Positions 26,269 through 32,000 of a DNA stretch of 32,000 bases are shown here, one piece after another. The stretch is from Geotalea uraniireducens Rf4 (GTDB taxonomy: Bacteria; Desulfobacterota; Desulfuromonadia; Geobacterales; Geobacteraceae). The translations under genes were made by a program, and so were the position numbers. Position 1 is the first letter of the stretch, and the number at the start of each line of letters is the position of its first letter. The stretch lies in contig NC_009483.1 in assembly GCF_000016745.1 (NCBI RefSeq), forward strand, positions 4,710,001 to 4,742,000, in the 5' to 3' direction. The notes under the pieces are model-generated. The model was not told the origin of the DNA and did not search any database. It saw nothing but the letters and a program-made list of their open reading frames with translations.

Positions 26269-26434
26269 GGCAGTCGGCAGTCGGCAGTCGGCAGTCGGCA
26301 GTCGGCAGTCGGCAGTCGGTGGTCGGTGGTCGGCAGTCGGTGGTCGGTGGTCGGTGGTCGGTGGTCGGTGGTCGGTGGTCGGTGGTCGGTGGTCGGTGGT
26401 CGGTGGTCGGTGGTCGGTGGTCGGTGGTCGGTGG
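26269..26434 (+). repeat. Heptanucleotide tandem array L: (CAGTCGG)7 (TGGTCGG)2 (CAGTCGG)1 (TGGTCGG)13
   Basis: I counted units by hand from the sequence and found 23 full 7-nt units plus a degenerate last unit. The array is G-rich on the + strand and starts about 10 nt after the motB stop. Confidence 0.95.
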
Positions 26435-26440
26435 TTAAAA
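26433..26440. repeat. IS256 target-site duplication, left copy (GGTTAAAA)
   Basis: An identical 8-mer lies at 27766-27773, immediately outside the other terminal inverted repeat. Confidence 0.8.
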
Positions 26441-27765
26441 GGGCCTGTCAATAGTTTTGTGTAAATGGTTTTGGTTCCCTGTTTTTAATAGCTTGGCATT
26501 CTGTCTTCAAAAAGAATGGAAAAGCGGTTCATGGCAGCTTTCCAGTCTCTGATCGGCAGGGTCCATTTCTTCGCGATGTTTCTCAGCGCCAGGTATAGTA
26601 ACTTGAACATTGCCTCATCATTGGGAAACGAGCCCCGGTTTTTGGTCACCTTTCTGAGTGACATATTCAGTGATTCAATGGCATTGGTTGTGTAAATAAC
26701 CTTTCGTATATCAGCTGGATAGGCAAAAAATGGTATAACTTGCGCCCAGTTCCGGCGCCAGGACTGGCTGATCGTCGGGTGTGTTTTGTCCCATTTTGCC
26801 TCAAATGCTGTCAGTTCCATTTCGGCCTGCTCAGCGGTCGCTGACTGGTAGATAACCTTCAAATCTGTCGCAACTTCTTTGCGTTGTTTCCACGAAACGA
26901 ACTTCAAGGAATTGCGTACCATATGGACGATGCAAAGTTGGACTTGAGTGTTGGGATAAACTATTTCTATGGCCTCAGGGAACCCCTTCAGGCCGTCAAC
27001 GCAGGCAATGAAGATGTCTTGGACACCACGGTTCTTAAGTTCGGTCACAACCTGCAACCAGAACTTGGCTCCTTCGTTTTCGGAGACCCACATTCCCAGA
27101 ACTTCCTTGGCACCGTCTATGTTGATGCCGATGGCCAGATAGACAGCCTTGTTCACAACATGGCCATTGCCTCTGGCTTTGACCCTGATGGCATCCATGT
27201 AAACGATGGGATAAAGCGCATCCAACGGGCGGTTCTGCCAAGCTTTGACCTCTTCAGCTACTGCTTCAGTCACTATTGAAATCAGAGCGGGGGATACTTC
27301 AACACCGTAGATTTCCTCCAAGTGTCCCTGGATCTCACGAGTGGTAAGCCCGCGGGAGTACAGGGAGATAATCTTATCATCGAACTCGGCGAACCGGGTT
27401 TGGCCTTTGGGAATGATGACTGGTTCAAAGCTGCTATCCCGGTCACGAGGGACCTCAATCGGCATGGTGCCAAAATCGCCTTTGATGGTCTTTGCCGACG
27501 AGCCATTGCGTGCATTGCCACCTTTGGCGGAAACGGAAGCATGCTTCTCGTGGCCGAGGTGCAGTGTCATTTCAGCCTGGAGCGCCCGCTGAAGAACAGC
27601 CTTGGTCAACTGCTTCAGCAGCCCGTTTTCCCCTAGAATCTCTTCGGGGGTCTTATAATGTTTGAGTAGATCGTCGATTACGTCGGTGTTAATAGTCATG
27701 TGATCTCCTTAGGGTAACTTGGTGTACCCCCTAATGACCATTTACACAAACCTTTTTACACCCTC
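26441..27765 (-). mobile_element. IS256-family insertion sequence (1325 bp) with terminal inverted repeats and an 8-bp target duplication
   Basis: IRL GGGCCTGTCAATAGTTTTGTGTAAATGG matches the reverse complement of the right end, GAGGGTGTAAAAAGGTTTGTGTAAATGG, at 22/28 positions. It is flanked by direct GGTTAAAA repeats and contains a single transposase ORF. Confidence 0.9.
26485..27699 (-). CDS. IS256 family transposase
   Basis: 404 aa. MTINTDVIDDLLKHYKTPEEILGENGLLKQLTKAVLQRALQAEMTLHLG... and the later DGLKGFPEAI and YTTNAIESLN motifs are typical of the Transposase_mut / IS256 family. Confidence 0.9.
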   Translation of the reverse strand: MTINTDVIDDLLKHYKTPEEILGENGLLKQLTKAVLQRALQAEMTLHLGHEKHASVSAKGGNARNGSSAKTIKGDFGTMPIEVPRDRDSSFEPVIIPKGQTRFAEFDDKIISLYSRGLTTREIQGHLEEIYGVEVSPALISIVTEAVAEEVKAWQNRPLDALYPIVYMDAIRVKARGNGHVVNKAVYLAIGINIDGAKEVLGMWVSENEGAKFWLQVVTELKNRGVQDIFIACVDGLKGFPEAIEIVYPNTQVQLCIVHMVRNSLKFVSWKQRKEVATDLKVIYQSATAEQAEMELTAFEAKWDKTHPTISQSWRRNWAQVIPFFAYPADIRKVIYTTNAIESLNMSLRKVTKNRGSFPNDEAMFKLLYLALRNIAKKWTLPIRDWKAAMNRFSILFEDRMPSY

Positions 27766-27773
27766 GGTTAAAA
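27766..27773. repeat. IS256 target-site duplication, right copy (GGTTAAAA)
   Basis: It is a direct repeat of 26433-26440. Confidence 0.8.
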
Positions 27774-27774
27774 T

Positions 27775-27935
27775 CTTTTTCCTTTTTCCTTTTTCCTTTT
27801 TCCTTTTTCCTTTTTCCTTTCTCCTTTCTCCTTTCTCCTTTCTCCTTTCTCCTTTCTCCTTTCTCCTTTCTCCTTTCTCCTTTCTCCTTTCTCCTTTCTC
27901 CTTTCTCCTTTCTCCTTTCTCCTTTCTCCTTTCAC
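27775..27935 (+). repeat. Heptanucleotide tandem array R: (CTTTTTC)6 (CTTTCTC)16 plus one degenerate unit; a pure pyrimidine tract of about 160 nt
   Basis: I counted units by hand. On the minus strand it reads GTGAAAG(GAGAAAG)16(GAAAAAG)6 and begins 5 nt after the PilZ gene stop codon. Confidence 0.95.
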
Positions 27936-27939
27936 GGTT

Positions 27940-28734
27940 TCAAATGATTCTTTCCTGGCTTAGCTGCAAAAGCCGTCGTTGCTCGCTGAAAATATAGGAT
28001 ATGATGGTTTCCCGCTCCTTCTCGTTGATACGATGGAACCGCATGGCCGCCATGTACTGGGTCCCCTTTTCCCACCGCAGCTTGATCTCATTGCAACGCA
28101 GAACCTCTGCAACCACACGGATGACCCGCGATGGATCGAGAGGTAGAAAAAGATCGATATTCAGCAGAGTCCCCGCCTCCAGCAATTCCGACACCTTGAA
28201 ACGGATGCCGCCGCCGCTCAGATTTATCTGCATCGGCAGTAGCTCCTCTTTGCCATCCCAGTTGACCACTTTAAATCCATCGCCGCTCGGCTCCATCTGT
28301 GGAGTGGGAAGAAACATGAGCCTCTCCCTGGCAGCTGCCCATTGCGCCTCGACAGCGGGAAGGTGTTGATCCGAGGGGATCTCGTATGCAACCGGCACAA
28401 AGAGATCGAGCCGGAAATAATCTCTCCGTTGCTCTTCTACTATTTCGCCAAAAAGTCTCGTGCAAAGGTGCTTGCTATCCCCTGTGATTTCCAGCGTGCC
28501 GCCGCAGCGATAATGAGCCCAGCCGGTCCAAAACGTGATATTCACCTCGACTCCGGCTTCCATTTCCGTATCCGCCGGTACTCCTGTGCCGATAAGTTCC
28601 ATCGAAAGAAGGTTGTTCTCTATTGCGGTTACAACAGCATTGCTTTCGAGAAATTTTTTATTTTTCAGACGGAGAATAACATTGACCTGTTGGTCCGGGG
28701 AAAACTGATTCGAGTATAGTGGGTTCTCAGCCAT
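27940..28734 (-). CDS. PilZ domain protein, YcgR-like (putative c-di-GMP-binding flagellar brake)
   Basis: 264 aa. The PilZ motifs are RRxxxR (QRRDYFR, residues 102-108) and (D/N)xSxxG (NLSGGG, residues 171-176). An N-terminal beta-rich domain occupies the position of the YcgR PilZN domain. The gene lies next to motAB. Confidence 0.7.
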   Translation of the reverse strand: MAENPLYSNQFSPDQQVNVILRLKNKKFLESNAVVTAIENNLLSMELIGTGVPADTEMEAGVEVNITFWTGWAHYRCGGTLEITGDSKHLCTRLFGEIVEEQRRDYFRLDLFVPVAYEIPSDQHLPAVEAQWAAARERLMFLPTPQMEPSGDGFKVVNWDGKEELLPMQINLSGGGIRFKVSELLEAGTLLNIDLFLPLDPSRVIRVVAEVLRCNEIKLRWEKGTQYMAAMRFHRINEKERETIISYIFSEQRRLLQLSQERII

Positions 28735-28831
28735 GTCCTAACACCCTCAATAAATTGATATAGCGCACTATTTCCAAAGGCGCCATCGATTGAAACGGAA
28801 TAGAAATTCCAGCACAACCTAAGTAAACGTA

Positions 28832-28847
28832 TGCAATATATTTGCCA
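28832..28847 (-). promoter_or_regulatory. Sigma-54 -24/-12 promoter for the PilZ gene
   Basis: The minus strand reads TGGCAA-ATATA-TTGCA, with correct GG-N10-GC spacing, about 100 nt upstream of the ATG at 28734. Confidence 0.6.
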
Positions 28848-29041
28848 CAACTTGATCTGCGCCAAATCAATGCCTCACGATGAAGGAACCGCCGCGTTTA
28901 CGTTCAGCATTACACGATAAATTTGAACATGGAACGTTATAACCCTTCACAAATAACTTCCTCTTGACTTGCCTTGTTCAATATTTTGACCCATCTTTAT
29001 TCAGCATCGGATTTATCCCGTCATTACAGCAAGTTACAACT

Positions 29042-29057
29042 TGGCACAGCAGTTGCT
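29042..29057 (+). promoter_or_regulatory. Sigma-54 -24/-12 promoter for legB-legC-neuC
   Basis: TGGCAC-AGCAG-TTGCT is an exact consensus match, about 100 nt upstream of the ATG at 29157. Confidence 0.75.
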
Positions 29058-29156
29058 GTCTTGGGTATATGCCGGATTCCAGCCAACGATTTTCACATGT
29101 TACGGCGGATACAGACCGGCAGATGAGACAGCACTTACACCAAGGATGACAGCGCC

Positions 29157-30167
29157 ATGAACCTATCCAACAAAAAGATCCTGATCACCGGCGCCGACGG
29201 ATTCATAGGCTCCCACCTCACCGAGGAACTGGTCCGGCGCGACTGCGCGGTCCGCCCCTTCGTATTGTATAACTCGTTCAACTCCTGGGGGTGGCTCGAC
29301 CACATGGAGCCAGAAATCCTCAAATCACTCGACATCTTTTCCGGCGACATCCGAGACCCCCATGGCGTCCGCCAGGCGATGAAAGGGTGCGATGTGGTGC
29401 TTCACCTTGCCGCACTCATTGCCATCCCTTACTCGTATCATTCTCCCGACACTTACGTGGACACCAATGTCAAGGGGACTCTCAACATCGTCCAGGCCGC
29501 ACGGGAGTTGGAGGTGGAGAAGGTAGTCCATACCTCCACCAGCGAGGTCTACGGGACTGCCCGATTCGTTCCCATCACGGAAGAGCACCCCCTTCAGGGG
29601 CAGTCCCCCTATTCGGCCAGCAAAATCGGAGCGGACCAAATAGCCATGTCCTTCCACACCTCCTTCGACACACCGGTGGCCGTCATCCGCCCCTTCAACA
29701 CCTACGGGCCGAGGCAGTCGGCGCGGGCGGTCATCCCCACCATCATCACCCAACTGGCCAACGGCTGCCGCACCCTCAAGCTCGGCGCGCTGCATCCGAC
29801 GAGGGACTTCAATTACGTGGCCGACACGGTGCGCGGCTTCATCGCTGCGGCGGAGGGGGATCGGGCCGTGGGGGAAGTGATCAACATCGGCAGCAATTAC
29901 GAGATATCCATCGGCGAAACCGCCCGCATGATCGCGGAGATCATGGGGATGGAGCTGGAGACCGAGACCGACCGGGTACGGCTTCGCCCGGACAAGAGCG
30001 AGGTGGAGCGCCTCTGGGCCGACAACGCCAAGGCGAAAGAGCTCCTTGGATGGGAACCGCTTTACGCAGGGAAGGAGGGGTTGCGGCGGGGGCTCGAAGA
30101 AACCATGAGGTGGTTCAAAAACCCGGAAAACCTGAAAGCCTACAAGGCGGGGATATACAATATATGA
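29157..30167 (+). CDS. legB: NAD-dependent sugar-nucleotide 4,6-dehydratase, LegB-like (SDR family)
   Basis: 336 aa. Rossmann motif ILITGADGFIGSHL, YNSFNSWGWLD (as I recall it in LegB-type enzymes) and the catalytic YSASK. A DegT aminotransferase and a hydrolysing 2-epimerase follow. Confidence 0.65.
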   Translation: MNLSNKKILITGADGFIGSHLTEELVRRDCAVRPFVLYNSFNSWGWLDHMEPEILKSLDIFSGDIRDPHGVRQAMKGCDVVLHLAALIAIPYSYHSPDTYVDTNVKGTLNIVQAARELEVEKVVHTSTSEVYGTARFVPITEEHPLQGQSPYSASKIGADQIAMSFHTSFDTPVAVIRPFNTYGPRQSARAVIPTIITQLANGCRTLKLGALHPTRDFNYVADTVRGFIAAAEGDRAVGEVINIGSNYEISIGETARMIAEIMGMELETETDRVRLRPDKSEVERLWADNAKAKELLGWEPLYAGKEGLRRGLEETMRWFKNPENLKAYKAGIYNI

Positions 30168-31342
30168 CCGGCTTCGACGCAGAAGCGATACTCCGGGCGC
30201 TTAGAAGCGCTCTCCCCGCAGATAAAGGGCGCATAGGCCTCCATGAGCCATGCTTCGCCGGAAACGAGTGGACCTATGTCAAGGATTGCCTCGACACCGG
30301 ATGGGTATCATCGGTAGGGAGCTACGTCGATCGTTTCGAACGGGAGCTCGCCGAATTCACGGGGGCAAAGCGTGCGGTCGCCGTGGTCAACGGCACCGCG
30401 GCCCTCCATGTCTCTCTGCTCCTTGCCGGCGTACGACCCGGCGACGAGGTGATCATCCCCTCCCTCACCTTCGTGGCAACCGCCAATGCCGTCGCATACT
30501 GCGGTGCCGTCCCCCACTTCGCCGACAGCGATGAGGCAACCCTCGGCCTCGATCCGGATAAACTTGCCGAACATCTGTCGGCAATCGCCGAGATCAGGGG
30601 GGGCGACTGCGTCAACCGGCGCACCGGCCGTCCCATCCGGGCGGTCGTCCCCATGCACACCTTCGGCCACCCCGTCGATCTGGACCCACTCGTGGAGCTC
30701 TGCAACCGCTGGAACCTTGTCCTCGTCGAGGACGCTGCCGAGTCGCTCGGCTCCCTCTACAAAGGCCGCCACACTGGAACGTTCAGCCGGCTGGCTGCCT
30801 TGAGCTTCAACGGCAACAAGGTGTTGACCACCGGCGGCGGCGGCGCCATCCTCACCAATGACGACGGGCTGGGGAAAATGGCCAAACATCTGACCACCAC
30901 CGCGAAGGTCCCCCACCGCTGGGAATTTTTCCACGACGCAACCGGCTACAACTACCGCCTCCCGAACATCAACGCCGCTCTCGGCTGCGCCCAGCTGGAG
31001 CAGCTCCCCCGTTTCCTGAAACAAAAAAGGGACCTTGCCGCCCGCTACCGGGAAGCCTTCCGGGAAGTACAGGGGGTACGTTTCATTTGCGAGCCGTCTT
31101 TTGCCGCCAGTAACTACTGGCTCAACGCGCTCCTCCTTGACCCTCCCTTTGTGAGCGCGCGCGACGACATCCTGGAAATGACCGACAAAAACGGCATCAT
31201 GACCCGCCCCGCATGGACCCCCATGCACCGCCTCCCCATGTACCGCAACTGTCCCCACATGGATCTCTCCGGCGCGGAAGACCTCGGGCTGCGTCTGATC
31301 AACATCCCGAGCAGCGCGGCTCTTGGGGGTGGCCATGACTAG
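30164..31342 (+). CDS. legC: DegT/DnrJ/EryC1 family PLP-dependent aminotransferase, LegC-like
   Basis: The real start is the ATG at 30164, overlapping the legB stop as ATGA. MTGFDAEAILRALRSALP...HEPCFAGNEW..., with the PLP-lysine region SFNGNKVLTTGGGG. The 683-aa track ORF is an in-frame artefact that runs through legB out of its frame. Confidence 0.7.
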   Translation: MTGFDAEAILRALRSALPADKGRIGLHEPCFAGNEWTYVKDCLDTGWVSSVGSYVDRFERELAEFTGAKRAVAVVNGTAALHVSLLLAGVRPGDEVIIPSLTFVATANAVAYCGAVPHFADSDEATLGLDPDKLAEHLSAIAEIRGGDCVNRRTGRPIRAVVPMHTFGHPVDLDPLVELCNRWNLVLVEDAAESLGSLYKGRHTGTFSRLAALSFNGNKVLTTGGGGAILTNDDGLGKMAKHLTTTAKVPHRWEFFHDATGYNYRLPNINAALGCAQLEQLPRFLKQKRDLAARYREAFREVQGVRFICEPSFAASNYWLNALLLDPPFVSARDDILEMTDKNGIMTRPAWTPMHRLPMYRNCPHMDLSGAEDLGLRLINIPSSAALGGGHD

Positions 31343-32000
31343 ACGGCGCATCTGCGTGGTCACCGGCACCAGGGCGGATTACGGTCTTCTTTACCGGCTC
31401 ATGAAGGAGATCGAGGGCGACCCCGATCTGCAGTTACAGGTCGTTGCGACGGGGATGCACCTTTCCCCGGAGTTCGGCCTCACGTACCGGGACATCGAAA
31501 CGGACGGCTTCACCATCCATGAACGGGTAGAGATGCTCCTCTCCAGCGACACCCCGGTCGGTATTGCAAAATCCATCGGTCTTGGGGTCATCGGCTTTGC
31601 AGACGCCTTCGAGCGGCTCAGACCGGAGATCATCGTGCTGCTCGGCGATCGTTTCGAGATGCTGGCCGCGGCCCAGGCAGCGCTCGTGGGCCGCATTCCG
31701 GTCGCCCACATCGCGGGCGGCGACACCACCGAAGGGGCCTTCGACGAGGCGATCCGCCACAGCATCACGAAGATGTCCCATTGCCATTTCGTCACAAACG
31801 AAGCGGCACTGCACCGTGTCCGTCAGCTGGGGGAAAACCCCGATGCCGTTCACCTGGTGGGGAGCCCCGGCATCGATCAGATCAGGCGTCTTACGCTTCT
31901 GTCCCGCCATGAGCTGGAGCGCGACCTCGGCCTCGCCTTCAGGAAAAGGAACCTCCTGGTGACGTTCCATCCGGCAACCCTTGACGAGGTCTCTGCTTCA
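31335..32000 (+). CDS. neuC: UDP-N-acetylglucosamine 2-epimerase (hydrolysing), NeuC/LegG-like; 3' end beyond the window
   Basis: My translation gives MTRRRICVVTGTRADYGLLYRLMKEIEGDPDLQLQVVATGMHLSPEFGLTYRDIE...LLGDRFEMLAAA...HIAGGDTTEG. The frame is open to the window end. The ATG overlaps the legC stop by 8 nt. Confidence 0.7.
   Translation, partial: MTRRRICVVTGTRADYGLLYRLMKEIEGDPDLQLQVVATGMHLSPEFGLTYRDIETDGFTIHERVEMLLSSDTPVGIAKSIGLGVIGFADAFERLRPEIIVLLGDRFEMLAAAQAALVGRIPVAHIAGGDTTEGAFDEAIRHSITKMSHCHFVTNEAALHRVRQLGENPDAVHLVGSPGIDQIRRLTLLSRHELERDLGLAFRKRNLLVTFHPATLDEVSAS

Noticed and set aside
26257-26451. 64-aa ORF (HRPPTTD repeats) on the - strand.
   Set aside because: It is purely a by-product of translating a 7-nt repeat (a 21-nt, 7-aa period). 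It has no Shine-Dalgarno sequence and lies in the motB 3' region.
26269-27935. Possibility that the repeat arrays are CRISPR arrays.
   Set aside because: The units are 7 nt long and directly abutting, with no spacers. No cas genes are in the window. The element between the arrays is an IS with its own target duplication.
27719-27997. 92-aa ORF (FPFSFLLSP repeats) on the + strand.
   Set aside because: It is an artefact of translating the pyrimidine heptamer array. It starts inside the IS256 end and runs into the PilZ gene on the opposite strand.
29291-31342. 683-aa ORF in the track suggesting one very large protein.
   Set aside because: The first 291 codons or so are an out-of-frame read through legB (Arg/Pro/Gly-rich nonsense). 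The aminotransferase sequence starts at the ATG at 30164, which overlaps the legB stop.
30308-31369. 353-aa ORF on the - strand.
   Set aside because: It is antisense to the DegT/LegC aminotransferase gene, so it is a shadow ORF.

Overview
The window looks like a Geobacteraceae-type (Desulfuromonadales) chromosome segment. That assignment is an inference from gene content and order, and nothing was searched.

**1 to 13.6 kb:** one long minus-strand housekeeping block: cvpA (partial), yqeY, rpsU, hisE-F-A-H-B-D-G, murA, prmC, prfA, DUF1385, thyX, rpmE, rho. Intergenic gaps carry GTAG-headed REP-like hairpins and other structured spacers.

**13.9 to 24.1 kb:** a more accessory-looking stretch.
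- An orphan HyfB/NuoL-like membrane subunit behind a near-consensus sigma-70 promoter, convergent with an ArfB-like GGQ hydrolase.
- A MaoC-dehydratase remnant next to a nested 110-nt inverted repeat.
- A di-heme CCP/MauG-like cytochrome and a DUF606 transporter.
- An msrB operon with two secreted or anchored hypothetical proteins.
- An Lpp/OprI-like lipoprotein sandwiched between two YkuD L,D-transpeptidases, followed by an O-methyltransferase.

**24.2 to 32 kb:** motility-related genes: flbD-motA-motB, a YcgR-like PilZ protein and legB-legC-neuC (legionaminic-acid type sugar genes). Each unit sits behind a good sigma-54 (-24/-12) promoter.

**Most unusual feature:** the convergent motB/PilZ intergenic region consists almost entirely of two adjacent heptanucleotide arrays of about 23 units each. 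One is G-rich and the other is pure pyrimidine on the + strand. An IS256-family element with an intact 8-bp target duplication now splits them.

Other items worth a second look are a 15-bp-arm palindrome present three times within 3.2 kb and the Lpp-Ldt module. All functional calls rest on my own reading of motifs; no database search was possible.
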